Source: Bugula neritina
Lineage: Eukaryota; Animalia; Bryozoa
Length of the DNA stretch: 64,000 bases
Assembly (NCBI GenBank): GCA_964035545.1
Contig: OZ037765.1
Location: 19,158,995 to 19,222,994, forward strand
Direction: 5' to 3'
Position 1 is the first letter of the stretch; each line of letters begins with the position of its first letter. Positions 25,048-39,054 of this stretch are shown here, in pieces. The translations under genes were made by a program, and so were the position numbers. Under the pieces are notes generated by a model. It was not told the origin of the DNA and did not search any database. It saw only the letters and a program-made list of their open reading frames with translations.

Positions 25048-28000
25048 TTATGTTCTCAGAGACTTCTTAACTCTACAAATGCATCAACAATTTGAATAAA
25101 ATAACTTAAGTTTATATATGTTTTGAGTTTATCTATAGAAAAAATATAAAATTATAGAGCAGTGATTCAGGCAAATAATTATATATATTTAACTGAAGCT
25201 TTATAAACTCACTTCTCATATATTTGTGATAAGCTAAGGTCATCTTCATCTGAGGCTTGAATTGCTATATCAGCACCAAGAGCATCTTTTAAACCAGCTT
25301 TACTTGCAGCATAAATCATCTTGTCTTCAACGAAGGCCTTGTCACCTACCCTAGAATCAAGTAAACAATATTTAACAGCATCTTTTGGGTTTCATAGAAA
25401 GTCATGTTCAATTTATGTAAATCTTTGCAAATATCCCAGTTATTTAAATGCAAGTTTGAACAAAAATCAAAACACTTACCAGGAAATGAACAAAAGTTTT
25501 CTTCTTTGAGATCCGTCTAATAGAAAATTAAAATCAAAAGCAGCATAACGAGCATGCCCACCATTATTGGCGTCTCGCAATTCTTTCACCATTTCATCAT
25601 ACCGAAGCAACTCAGTTGGTTCTTCAGGGTTGTAGCATGAATCCACTAAACATACACAAAACTTATATTATACACTTAGTTTAACCGATGCTCAGCAAAT
25701 AATGGCTAAAACTTCAAGAATCTGCCTGATACTTGGCTAAATTTCAACCCAAAGCAGTTGCAAAGTAAGTACAATCTGACCGAACGCAGCAGCTTGCAAC
25801 AACATCAAACTATAAACAATAACAATGCACAACTTTCAATGTACCTACTTACCATCTGGAAACCCTCTTGACAGAACTTTTACAACTTTATTATCTTCAA
25901 TGTGATACACAAAGTATGAATGTAGTTTTTTCATTTTCATCTCTTCAAACAGACGTATAGCTTTGTCATCTAATGTAACACCTGAACTGCAAGTGGAAGG
26001 CTGTAAAATACAAATAAGAATTACTGTATATTATATAGAAATAAGCTTTTAAAAATAGTGAAATAATATTGAACATTAAGTAAGCCTAATATTTATTTAA
26101 AATCGCTATCAACCTGGTTCATAGAGTACTATAAATACAGCTCAGCTGTACTACTTTTACTAATAGTTTGTAGCTGTAATTCATAAAATAACAATTTTAC
26201 AACAAGCCAAAATTTAGATCTATAAGAATCATCAAAATCAAATGAATGATCTATATTAGACTGGGTTATTGTTACTAGTCACATACACTAAAACTAGAGC
26301 ACAGCTAGCAACTAAAGATATCGTCCTACAATACGTCAGTTTAAGAAAGATCTGCAGTGATAAATAATTGAAAGTCGCAATGATTATGATAAAACGTAAA
26401 TATAACGATTAATCACTTACTAACGTGCTACTTGCTAGTGTTACTATAGTACTAGTAGTAGCAACAGACACAGTTGGTAACGCAATAACTAAATGTTGAA
26501 GTCTGTACGCTACTATTAATATATAGTCTGGCAGAACTGGGGGTTAGGTTCGCAATCTCGGATAAAGTTTTTTTCTCTCTTGATTATTTATCTTGAGGGT
26601 CCAGGTAAATGTTTCCAGGTGGGTGTGGACCTGCCACCCTTGAGCATTTCGAGAAATCCAAGATGGCCGCCAATTATGAAAAAATCGTTTTATAGTTGGT
26701 ATGAAACCTATATTATGTTGAAAAAATTAAAATTTTTGATGATTCAAATAGAGACAATGCAATTTTGGAATGAATATGTGTCATGCAAATGAAAAGGAAT
26801 CAAAGTAAAGAGCAAAGGGACATGTTGCTCAGCTCAAAAATCGGAATTTATTCAATAAAAAATCACATATGATGCAGAGAAATGATAAACAGTTTTTGAA
26901 ATTGTTTGGACAGATATATAAATAAAAACATTGCTTATTGCCAGTAATGAGAAAATGAAGAAAGGATACACAGGCATATTGCTCAGCTAAGGTTAAAATG
27001 GGACATATATATATAATCATAAAGATGCGACAAACTTTTGCGGGGTCATTGTAATCATACGAGCTAAATATATATTTGTGAACCATCACGGTCCATATAA
27101 TATCTCAATGTACTAATAAATTAGGAAAAAACATAGAATAACATGCAAAATTGGAAAAGCCTTAATTATTCAGTTGTATTTGTTGAAATTTTAATAGTTT
27201 GAGGCAAAAATCTATATACAATAGCAGCCAAATTGTAAAGGTTGCCAAAAAATTGAGTCATCAAGTGTATACCAAATTAAGCAAAATGACTCATTCCATA
27301 ATGCACAACATCATTTTCTACTCTTTTTGGGAAAAGAGACTCTAGTAGATCCCCTTTCACCCACAAATGTTCTGGTGGGTTTAAGGCCGCAGTTTCATAC
27401 GGCTACCTGAAGGTGTGCTCTAGTGACATTGTTGATTAGCCTCGTCTGTGGAAGGAAAGGTACATAAGTTAAAAGTACGTTGTAAATAGCATTGCTGTCC
27501 TTGGTTTTCCAAGCCTTTTGTCTTGTAGCTGTCATGGAGGAGCACTTTGCATAACCATAGCAACATAGCATAAACTTGGTAGCTCGCGAATAGCATTCCT
27601 GAAGAGAAGCACTAGTGGCACCAAGCGTTCTTAAATCACACTTTCTTTCTTCCTTGGCATTCAGTATGGCTTCCTTTCCAATATTTTACGTTGTTGTCAC
27701 TGTATCAGCCTGAGAGATCATGGGGAGGCAGCAAATTGTCCATCATAGAGGCTTGGTCTCAGACTTTTTCACCTAGTACGCCATGGTCCAGGATGGGTGC
27801 CGGTTTTGCAGGGCAACAAATGCTATCAGAGAATGTCATCTGATTCTGTCGTCAACATCTTCATCTGAGAAGACCCATTTTAGCATGTCATCCTTCAATG
27901 TATCCACTATCCATTCACATTTACTTTAGCCTCCCTCTCTTTCTCTTTCCCTGTATCTTCATCTCGGCCACCATTCTAATATCTTCCTCCCTATCTCTTC

Positions 28001-30356
28001 TGCGTACATGTCCATACCATTGACGAGGTCTCCTCATGCCTATTGCGATGGCTTTTATTTTGGCCTCCTCCCTTATATTTTCATATGTTACATAGTCTTC
28101 CCAGTCTATATTGTAAATGTGTCGAAGCATTCTCATCTCAGTTGTACCTATTTTGTCCTCTTGTCTTTGAACAGTCAGTGGCCATATCTGATTTCCATAG
28201 ATCAGCGCAGCTTTTATTGCCGTTCTGTAAAACAGAACCTCCAGTTTGGTGAGAATTTTTTAATCTTCTTGTCGCAGACTGTTCTGAAAACTCAATTTTC
28301 ACAGATTTTTTGAAAATTGACTTGGTCTTGGCATCTCTTATTTCTCCTGCCTCCTTGAATGTAGAAGGTGGCAATGCTGCAAGTTTATGAGCCATTAAAG
28401 AGTCTGCGTCCAAATTCTTGGTCTGCTTGAGTGCAAAGGCTCGGGCATATATGACTTCAGTATCATACGCGGTATTATTAGAAACCTTGATGTGCTTTTG
28501 AGATGATACCATCGTCTTCACTTTAGACGACAAGGATTTATTTAACCCCTCTGACCAGTTCACTTTAAATTATTATATAGACTATAGATGCTTTGCCTAT
28601 AGCAAAAATATTGTCAATGATAATTGCTGAATAACTGATGACTTTCTCTGTTTCAAGTTTGACAAGAGCAACTGGGTGGCATCCTTCTTTGAGTTGGTCA
28701 TTGCAGAGTTCAATCTTCCTTTTGCCAGACTCCCTGTCCTTTGAATCAGATTGGATTCTTGATTGCCTCTCATCCTTATGAGTAGTGGAAGCATTTATTT
28801 CAGACTTGTCTCTGATGTCACTGATGCCTTACTGTATCTTGTTGCATGCAAAAGTGCTGTACACCCACACCTTGAGAGTTTCCGGTTTAGTGGTGATGCC
28901 AATGATTCCCTTCTTGCTGTGAGCAAATCTCATAAAGGTCACCTCAATGGCCATTTCTGACCAGATGCCGTTGAGCTGGCCGCGTTTATGATGCATTGTG
29001 AAGTTACCAGCTGCGAATTCAATCCTTACATCTTGTGGCATGACCTCCATGCTACACAGATAGTACATTTTTTCTTCTGTTGCTAGGTGTAAGGCCCAGT
29101 CTCCTTCTCTATCAGCTATGATGTGGGTGTTGATGGTGAAGATTGGTCTAATAAAGCACATGGCCCATAGTTTTGCTGTTCTTGAGCTCTCTGAAATCTT
29201 AGTCAACATCTTTTCAGGGTCCTCCATGCTAATGATTGCCCTTTCATCAAAGACTGGCTTCAACAACTCTCCCACCAATATTTTCAGACCTCATACATTC
29301 TGGGGAAACTTTTTCTATTTAGCATTTTGGGGAAACCACCAAAAGTAGAATCAACTACTTCTACCAAATCAGTTTCAGCCAATAGTATTCCAGTGCACCC
29401 AACATAGCTCATTAAAAGGAGAGAAATTAATAGTAAATGTTTATGAAAGGAGATTGGTATGATGAAGGTAGAGAACCCCTGTTCTAATACATGTATTACT
29501 TTCTCCAGCATGAAATAGATTCTCATGCATAAAAAGCTGTTTACAAATGTTTTTTAGAGAAAAAGTCAAATGTGCTGATTGTAGAAGTAGTTTTCGAAAG
29601 CAAAAATGTCAATATTTAGATAAATGATGTGTCAATAATAAAGCAATTGAATTATGTTAAGAAGCTATGGTGTTGTGTTATCGAGGCTGTTGACCTATTT
29701 ACCTAACTTTAAATAACATAGCTAAAGTTTTAAAACTGAAAATAACTATTAAATTGGCAGCTCAACAAACCTTTTTGATAGGCATGCTGGTTTGAAATAA
29801 ATTGCTATTTAGCTCGTATGACAATGACGTTGCATTTCAATTTTGCAGAACTTTTTTCAGCTTTATTTGGTGGACATATTTGTAATCAGCATATAAAATT
29901 ACCCTATATAGTAAATTTTCATAAATTTAGAACAAACTGATGCAGAGATGTAAGGAAGTTACAAACAGGCTAGGTTAAACTTGAAAAAATGAATGATTAA
30001 GGCTTAGCTTAGTTACCCTTGAGTATCATTTGCTTATTACTCAATAATACACATGATAAAGGCACATGCATCTTTATTATATTAATTTCTAAAGATTTCC
30101 AAGCATTGGAACCTTAAATTTAGCCCTGATGGGTAGGTACATTTGAATTATAAAGAATCGTCTGGTGCCTGGCGGCCATCTTGAATTTCTCGAAATGCTC
30201 AAGGGTAAGAAGTCCACACCCACCTGGAAACATTTACCTAGACCTTATATTTGAATAATCTGAAGAGAAAAAAACTTTATCCGGGATTGCGAACCTAAGT
30301 CAAAAATTGGTATTTTTCTGCCAGACTAATAGTAATAAACTAACGATACTTACCAT
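25048..30356 (-). CDS. ADF/cofilin copy B (159 aa); exons 30356-30354, 26000-25853, 25645-25480, 25350-25213, 25072-25048
   Basis: ATG-only first exon typical of ADF/cofilin genes; SGV...RYAAFDF...KLLFISW...KMIYAASK..LKDALG...IQASD motifs; open frame. Intron 1 is enlarged by an Academ element. Confidence 0.9.
26524..30328 (-). mobile_element. Academ-type DNA transposon, decayed (3.8 kb)
   Basis: ~150-bp imperfect TIRs starting TAGTCTGGCAGAA; 3-bp ATA TSD consistent with the paralogous empty site. Transposase remnants REGDWALHL...F..GNF...NGIWSEMAIEVTFMR...GIIGIT..PETL..W (28829-29278) and LAALPPSTFKEAGEIR...KS. Confidence 0.8.
27770..28282 (-). mobile_element. 5'-truncated RTE-clade LINE nested in the Academ element
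   Basis: FYRTAIKAALIYG..IWPL...EMRMLR...NIRE...WYGHVRRR...GKRKRGR.K is the RTE ORF C-terminus; boundaries approximate. Confidence 0.8.
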
Positions 30357-30472
30357 TTCAAAATATAATCTGAAGTAAGACAGATACAAAAATCGTCCAA
30401 ATTACTAGCTCAATAACTCAATGTGCAAGGCGTGACTTCACACTTGGAATGGAGATGCTCAAGTAGCGAAGC

Positions 30473-30500
30473 TTTTATACCCAATCGCTTGGGATTTCCC
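30473..30500 (-). promoter_or_regulatory. Cofilin B TATA box plus kappaB-type site (30491-30500)
   Basis: TTTTATA then GGGATTTCCC on the plus strand. Confidence 0.65.
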
Positions 30501-30663
30501 TGATTCAAGAGTAGTTATATACGCAATAGTACGTCATTGTGTAAAAATTGCTTTAGCTAGCGATCATCCACTGTTAGCAATGCCATATTTGGTAGCAGCT
30601 GGAACTCGTAACGTTAAACAATCAACCATGAAAAATCATTTGTGCTCAACTGTTTGCTAATAG

Positions 30664-30968
30664 TGTGGTGGTTCGTGGAACTACCAGCAGCACAACATGT
30701 AGGGTCGCGTAATTGACCCGGAACAATGGATAGCCAATTAGCGTAGTTGATAGTTAGCAGCAATTGTAGTTTCCCGCTGCTAACTCAGTCGAAGCTAGAG
30801 TGTGAAATAGATTAGATGTGTAACTTGTTTGGAAATAATGTATCGTTTTTATAATGTATAATTGTGTGTAAAATATACTCGTTCACTCGACTTATCCTGG
30901 TGCAGTTCTATAGTAAATAAATAGACTCTCTGGATAGCACATCAACCCTAAATCAGAAAATTATAACA
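30664..30968 (+). mobile_element. Solo LTR (305 bp) in the cofilin B promoter
   Basis: TGT...ACA ends, 4-bp TSD ATAG, internal AATAAA (~30915). The paralogous empty site GCTAATAGTCATT is at ~51991. Orientation is inferred from AATAAA only. Confidence 0.8.
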
Positions 30969-31294
30969 ATAGTCATTTACAATTGTCGATCAAAATGGCT
31001 TATTGATTGCAAAATCTCACATCAAAGTAAACAGTAAACTGTAAAATTTATATTTTTAATTTAAGCTTGAACAACTGCAACAGTTATTTGTATATCAGTT
31101 GCCACCAACTTATTTTTATTAATAGTTATATAAATTACATTTCTCAATCAACACTATAACTTACATATTCTTTGAAAAAAAATTTCTTGCTTGTGCAGTA
31201 TTTAATTTAGTTGTATGGTTCTGCTACGTTGTTTTAATATAGGCATTATAGCCTTGACTATACACACAGTAATCTGCTCATATATATAAGTTAT

Positions 31295-31422
<128 letters not shown>

Positions 31423-31614
31423 CGATGATGCAATCATTTCTGTACAAGCATTGCATTTATTAGTACATGAATCAACAAAGTTTACCTTATGTAGCTATAA
31501 ATAATATAATTTAAATCTAATCCATATAAACACCAGAATGGTATTTCTAAATAAAATAGGGTACACACTATTATAATACCTTAATATATACACTGCATAG
31601 GCCATAGTGGATTA

Positions 31615-33546
31615 GGAGCAGCCGTGGTCTAGGGGTTAGAGCGTTCGCTTTGTGAACACGAAGTTGTGGGTTCAAACCCCGACAAAGGCCATTGGTGATG
31701 TTAGGAAGAGCATCCAGTCATAATTGCTCCTGTGCCTCATTTGAACATGTCCTTAGCCCGTTCTAACAAAAACCCTTTCTATCAGGGGTTTCTCACAGGG
31801 ATAGCGACTATAACAGGGGTGTCCAACCTTTTCAGACCGAGGGCCAGTCTGCAAGTTTCAGCTTGGGCCGAGGGCCACAAATTTTTTTCTGTTTTTAGGA
31901 TCAATTTTCAAGATTCATTAAACATCTGCAGGCTATATGTATTATAATTATAAGCGATGGCTAGGCTTTGCATGTTTATTGAAATCATAACATATTTAAA
32001 TAGATATATATTACTTATGTGTGTATGTGCGTATATATGCATTTAATTAAAATAGGTAAGAAGAGCGATTTCATTTTTATTACTTTAATAATCAAAAATT
32101 ATATATATATATGCATTAATGTTTGTGCATAACAAATTATACATATATACATACAAAGTATATATTCATGATTGCACATGCAAATTTAAACAAGATGCAC
32201 CAGTGCTAAGAGTCTGTACTCATACCTCTGTACCCATCAGTGAGACACTTGTGAGTACACAGTGAGTACTGTTTGCCTTGAACAATTCTGTTAATATCTA
32301 GTTTTGTATCAGAACATGCAACCCTTAGTTACTGGACCAAGTGCTGATTAGTAAGTGAAATGTAGTATCTATTTTTGTGTATTTCATTTGACTGAAAATT
32401 GAAAGTTCAAAGTTCAAACCTTCAAGCCATCTCAGTGATAATGCTGTGCAGTGCAGCATCTAACAAACAGTCAAAGGTCAAGGCAATTACAAATTCTAAA
32501 TTTCAGTACATACTCGCGCAAAATTCATTATAAAACAAAATTGTTTAGGCATCTAACCTTAAAACGGTATGTAAATGAAAACAAACATATACACAAAAAT
32601 ATTTTAGTACTGCATAAGTGAAGTGTGTCAGGGATTCTTCAATTACTTATCTTTCACAATACAATCAATAAAAATGAGATCTTAGTTATACTTTCAAAAA
32701 GTCTTGTCTCTATATGGCCAGTTCTGATTAAATGTCTTTAAAATATCTGTCTGCACAGGATAGTTACAGGTAACTTTTTAGCTGCAACTGCCTTGCTGAG
32801 GTTTGCATTGTAACTGTGTAAAAATTCAGTACCAGTAAAAACAATCTCATTTGATTGAAGGCTATTAGAATTAAAATTTAAAAACTATGTTGTGAATCTT
32901 ATTTTTCCCAGTGCAACTTTTTTGGAATTTTTTCATTCTTTTGCAAAGTTATAGAAAAAAAACAGCACACTTTTGGCTAATTTTGCCTCAAAAGTTGATA
33001 TTTTTAGTACCAATAAAATATCTTAGCAGTAAAACATGATATCTGAATAAAAAAGCAATGACTTAGATTTTATATAAATTGTGGATTTATGCACTGGAAA
33101 TGGTATATTTCTTTTTAAGTAGTAAGCGCTGTGCATCACTTCACGCTTCAGTGAACGCGTAGAGATGAGCATAATGTTATTATTATAATATAGGCCTCTA
33201 CATTACTATAAGTCACAGGCTTGCTAGCTAACAAACTATAATGACTAGCTTGCTGTTATTGGTTGTAGTTTGATCTCAGGCTAAATAATGACAAGTCGGC
33301 AACACGCATGCCACCCACAGAACAATATTGTAGAAGAACTTAAACTACATTTTAATAGAAATTCTTTGGGATGCTCTCAACTATCCTATGTGCTGCTGTT
33401 TCAGGCTAGTTAGCAAATTTGATAAACACAAATTTGTAACTTGCTATACCTTGGGGGGCCACACAAATATAGCTGGGGGGCCGGATCCGGCCCGCGGGCC
33501 GCCTGTTGGACAGCCCTGGACTATAAACTTGCGTGATTTTTTTTTT
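31615..33546 (+). mobile_element. tRNA-derived SINE interrupted near its 3' end by a hAT element
   Basis: A box TGGTCTAGGGG, B box GGTTCAAACCC, body, T10 tail; ~11-bp TSD ATAGT(G/A)GATTA; absent at the paralogous sites (~41395, ~47520). Confidence 0.8.
31814..33518. mobile_element. Non-autonomous hAT (Charlie-like) transposon (1.7 kb)
   Basis: TIRs CAGGGGTGTCCAAC / GTTGGACAGCCCTG; perfect 8-bp TSD GACTATAA; GGCCCGCGGGCC subterminal palindrome. Confidence 0.92.
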
Positions 33547-35183
33547 ATAGTAGATTAGGCTACACAAAAATTATAGAATGATAAGAATGACTGTTGCTTA
33601 ATATAACTTGACTGTTTAATTGATGATTCATCCAATTTTATGACTCAAGCTGTTAGTAAAATATACTTTATATAGTTATATTTTATTTTATAATAATATT
33701 ACTATGACTCAATGTATTACTATATAAGCAAAATAGTGCATAATGATATGTGAATTTAGTCTTTTCAAAACAATAAAAAATCTCAAGCATTCTCTCGTTG
33801 CCTTCAGCTTCTTCTTATAGAGCTAGCATACAAGTACGTGGAATTCACTTTTCAGGGAGTTCCCTAGATTTTCCCTCATCATATAATCTAGTAGGCTACT
33901 GCCCAGTAATAAACCACATTATAAACATGTGCATGTATATAAATATACCAACTGCTTTTAATTAGTTTTCTACTTTAAAAGTGCTTATTTGTGTACAGAC
34001 TTTCATTTTCACTCTTCATATAAAACTGGAAATCTAATGTTTTGTTCTACAAGGTGCACATTTTGAAAAACTCTAAAAATATGTTATGTTGTTATTAACT
34101 GTGACCTTTCATATGCTTAGTTGTCCGATGTTTTTTTTACAGTAAAATTTTAGTGAATTGTTGTTCTTTTCTGATTAACTCATGAAAAATAAGTAATAAA
34201 AGCATCAAGAGGAGACGTTAATTGTGTATATATTATATGTATTGTAAAGAATAACATGTTTTGTTCTCCCTGAAGTGCCACACCTGACGAGTGTGCATGA
34301 TGTGCTCGTCTCTCTCCATGTGCGTGTGTGCGTGTGTGAGTGTGTGCATGTGTGCAGGTAGCTAAAATGGAAAACAAAGACAATACAAATACAAAAATAA
34401 AATACAAAGACAATGACTAAATTGTTCTAAATCTCGAGAATGTGCACCACATCACTTGAATCAAGCTTGACTCCGATTTCCGGCCATGTCGCTTGGCAGG
34501 CAGCTATATCCTGTGATGTGTCAGCTTTTCAAGCAAAGGCAAAGAATTATTGCTGTTGAAAAGCAATAAAAAACAAACCTATCCCGGTTTCAAATGTGGC
34601 TAAATTTGCTTCTCTCACATTGAGCTAACAAGTCATCAGCGTATTTGGAAAAGCAGCTGCTATGCACTGTGTATAAACTAGCACCTTTGTGCATTTTACT
34701 TCTTGTTCCATATACACTGTTTGTTTTATATATGCAGTTTTTTTATCTATTCTTTGTTTTTATGATATAGTTATTATGTATATTTTTCTTTAGTTTATCT
34801 TTGATCACAAAGTTCTGTCTTACACATACTGTATATATATATGCTTATAGTCTATTCCAATGTTCTTTCATGTTTTGCTGGAATCAATATTATAACAAAA
34901 CTTGAAAGGAGAAATTAAAATATATATTATATTATACTAAAATAAAATATGAGATTATATTATTTAATATAATATTGATTTTTACTCTTAAGTGTTTTTT
35001 TATATTGTAATTTTTTCTTTCATCAAAATATGAAACAGAAAATTGTAAGATTTCGTCGCCTAATCAATTTATTGAGCTAAAAGTTATTATTCTCAGAATA
35101 TACTTCAATCTAAATTCTAAAAAGGTGGTAAAACTTACAGTATCTGCAGTTAACATTGTTTGCTTGAACAAAATTTAGATTAG

Positions 35184-37516
35184 ATCTAAGAAGTCTTCGG
35201 GCTAGATTTGTTTCTGATTCCAAAATAATTCAGCTCCAGAAACCAAATTCACAGACGCTGCTTTCCAAGTTATACGCAACAGGTACAGTATGGCTCAGTT
35301 CATCTCACAAATATAAGGCATATATATGTATATATATCTCGAGTCACCAGCATATTTTATTCAGCTGGTGAAAAAAATTCTTTACGATGTTTTACTATGA
35401 TATGCACCAACTAGGCACTTTACAAAAAACTTTGACAAGCTTACACATTAATTCTTTGGTATATGTAACAAATTGTGTCTTGTTTTAAAAAAACAAGTAT
35501 ATAGAGTTTTTTATTCTAGACTAGCAACGAGGTTTTAATATAAAGCACCAGTATGTTATATGGGAGGGAGAATTTTTATTGTTTTTATAAAAATGAGAAT
35601 AATTTAAAAGTAGTATACATTGGTACTTCGCTCTGATGGAGAGTTTATCTGCTGTTTAAAAGAACACATTGAGTAATAACGACATGTATTTAACTTTATT
35701 TCATACATTTTAGTGCACATTGTGACACTTGTCACAAGTCAATGCGTCCTTCACACTGACAGGTTTAGAAGATACAGTGTGCCAGAGAGCATGTCAGTGA
35801 CAGATCTTATGACAGGTGAATCAACATTCTGTCAAACTGCAGAAATTTGTCTCCTGAAATGCGCTGGTGGAAGAAATTGCCAGGGAATGTTCTATGATGT
35901 GCAAACTAAACAATGCTTTTTAAAAGATTGTTTGAATCCGCATCTGTTTAAGGAGTGGAATGGCCAAGAATTAAACTACAATTTTCAGATTTCACAGAAA
36001 ATCAACATCCAGCCAAATAAACTGCTAGCAAGAGGTAGGAATAAACAAAGCCTGTAGGGTTATATAAAAAGTAAAAATTTATTTTTACATATTTTGTTCA
36101 ACATGAGCAGTTTTTTGCCCTCTTCCTTTCATCAAAGGGAGAACTCACTTTTAACCCTCATCATACTGAAAAGATGTCTAGGTAGAATAATTGTGCGGCA
36201 TATATATGAAAGGTACGCACTGGGGCCCAATCGAACTCCTCCAACACTTAGTAGGATAAGAGTTAAAACTGGTAGCTGCAAAAAATTAACTAAAATTGTA
36301 GTTGATTTATTTTTTTATGACAAAAACTAAATTTGTTGAAACATGATTAAGGCATTTTGTGATACAAAAATATTTACTCACAACGCTTTGCTTTGCAAAT
36401 AGTAAAGTTATATTGTGTTTTATTTGTGATTATAGAAAAACCAGCAAAGATGTCGAGTGTGTTTGTTAGACATGATGGAGTTCTATTAGCCGCTTCCTAC
36501 GCTGTAGATGGTACTTATGATGAGGCTAATGCTGACCACTTCTCGTTGATTAACAGCCAATTAGAAGAGAGACCCTGGTGGAGAGTTGATTTGGTTGGCA
36601 TTCACTGTGTCTGGGCTGTTAACATACTCAACAGGGCTGATGGTAATTATTGCAACGTTATTTTAATTTGTCCTTAAAATCAATTTCATCTGTTTATTTT
36701 GACATATGTCAGAATTACAAGCATTTGGAAATTTTTACCCTCAAAATGTTTCATTCACCACTATATGTCATGATAAAAAGTTAAGTTATTAAGGCACTAA
36801 TATTATAAACCGTGCTGTTTGAATTTGTTTCACTCATAATATATGTAATATTTAAAGCATAATACTTATATTATATATATATATAATACTTATTAAAAAT
36901 GTAGTTATACGTTTGCAAACCTCTTGCACTTTTAATAAGTAATTTGTTATTAATATAGCTTAAAACTCTTTTTCCAAAATCGTATTTTAGACAACACAAC
37001 TAATATTATCAATCATGCAGTAAAGCGCATATTTTCAAGTTATCTTTCAACAATTTTCATATATTTACCATTAGTTGGTTGATGACATTGTTTTTAAAAG
37101 CAAACAAATAAAAACGTAGTACGCTATATAAAATATATTCTATATAGTCTATATGCCTATAATAAAATAAATACTCTAAAATAGCGCTTAATAATTAACT
37201 ATTGTGAGAAATATAGGAGTAATTATTCATCGATAAAATAGTTCTAATGAAAAGTTGACTATAAATGTTTTAAGAAAAGTGGGGAGAGTTGTGGAGAAGA
37301 ACAGCTAATGCTGAGGTTACAGTTGCTATGAGTGAAGCAGAGTTAGAATTTACTGGAAATAACCCTGAAGTCCTGTGCTACTACTATGATGGAGTCCTCA
37401 ACCGATACTACACCCTTGTTACATGTAAACAACCAATCAGAGGTCGATTTGTTCAAATTTTGCTTAATGCAAAGGCTGAGCTTAATCTTTATGAGGTAGA
37501 TGTACATGGAATTTAA
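35184..37516 (+). CDS. PAN/apple + F-type lectin protein, copy 2; exons (35184 or 35255)-35282, 35714-36034, 36436-36642, 37275-37516
   Basis: Paralog of copy 1 with the same splice sites and open frames. The codon matching the copy-1 ATG is ACG (35255), so the start is unresolved. Confidence 0.8.
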
Positions 37517-39054
37517 GATTTCAAAAAGTTCAGCTGGAAAGAATATCTGTAAGGGTATTTGCAATAATTGCAAAAGCTGAAAGGTTTTGTTGTTTTCTTT
37601 ATATATAATGTTGTGTCTTGGTGTCGTGAAAAGTGTACCTTTCAATCATTTCAATGTCTTTTTTGAAATTAACTATTTGAAGTAATTGTAGCTTAACCTA
37701 ATTTTGCATTTCAAGAAGTAGTGTTTTGATGTCGCATATGAAACGTACAATAAGCTGACATTTACCGGTTGGAGTTTTGTAGTGAACTATTTGTTGGTGA
37801 TATGGAACTTTTCTCTTAAAGTATGAGTCATGTTTGTTTCTTATGATAAAACATATCAATAGATTACATGTAAACTTATTTCTACAACTTTATTTCATGC
37901 TAGCCAAAGGTATGCTGATAGTCATCAAGGAATCGCTTGCTTTTTATATAGACTGGTAATTTTATGCTGAGTGATTTTCTCTTTTAACAAGTCATTTGTG
38001 TGATTAGTATAATATTTCGATGCTGATGAATGCCGATTATTTTATAGCTGTACTCTCTGTCAGTATAATAAAAGCAAATCATTGTTTATATGTATTAGTC
38101 TGTTTATTATTTGAATAACCTTATATATAACTGTTGAGAAGTAATTTCAGTTGTTCAATACATTAGTTAGTTTCTTGTGAAAGTATTGGCCAATAATTGA
38201 AGCTGAAGCAATAAACAAAACATATGTATTCAGTCCTAAACTATTTAAATTGTAGTTAATTAGTTTAAGATAGTTCTTATAAATGTCAGAAAATAAATGT
38301 CAAACCAAGTTGTTTTAAATGGCAGCAACTTTCAATGTCTGGTATAAAGATTCATCCCATTTTATTGTACTTTTCAGATTAGAATTCTTATCTTTCGGAT
38401 ATAATTATAATGTTATATACTTCCATATGTTCTATTTTATTTCTGGACAACCAATTTCTAGGCAATCAGGTTTTATTGATTGAGTTGTATTTCATTATAT
38501 ATTATTATGCATTGTTCACTAGAGACTGAATTAAATGAAGAAATATTCAAGTGTTGGATTTATATAGTAATATCAAAGTTATTGTTGAGGTTTTAGCAAA
38601 GAATCTGCAAACAAGCCTGTGCCATGCAAAATACAGAAAAGCATAGAATAGCTCAAGTGATGGCAGAAATAATGTCATACTGAATTTACATTAAATAACT
38701 AGAACGGAACAGATGAAAATATAAGAGTTTTATTTCTTAGGCAGTGAGTAAATATGTAAATATACTTGCAATGAATTTTAGTAGGTATCCAATTAATTAT
38801 ATAGTTTCAGCATAAAAGAGTAGTCATATATTTTATTAAATGTACTTAAAGTGATAATTTCATAAATTTCATTTTTAAATGCCACATTATATGGTGTGAG
38901 TAAACAGCTGAATCAAATTATTTAATTATAATACAACAATGATACTACAAATACAAAATAAAATAAAACTACATTGTCAAATCGGTGTTACTTCAATGCT
39001 GTGTATAATAGCTTCAAGATGTAAGGAGATTGGTAATTAGCTGGTGCATCGGAG

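Noticed and set aside
31615-31692. tRNA-His-like gene (GTG loop, A and B boxes)
   Set aside because: The acceptor stem does not pair, and the sequence continues into a SINE body with tail and TSD.
36151-36265. Tiny TTAA-flanked piggyBac-like MITE in lectin 2 intron
   Set aside because: TIR match is weak and there is no clean empty site in the paralog.
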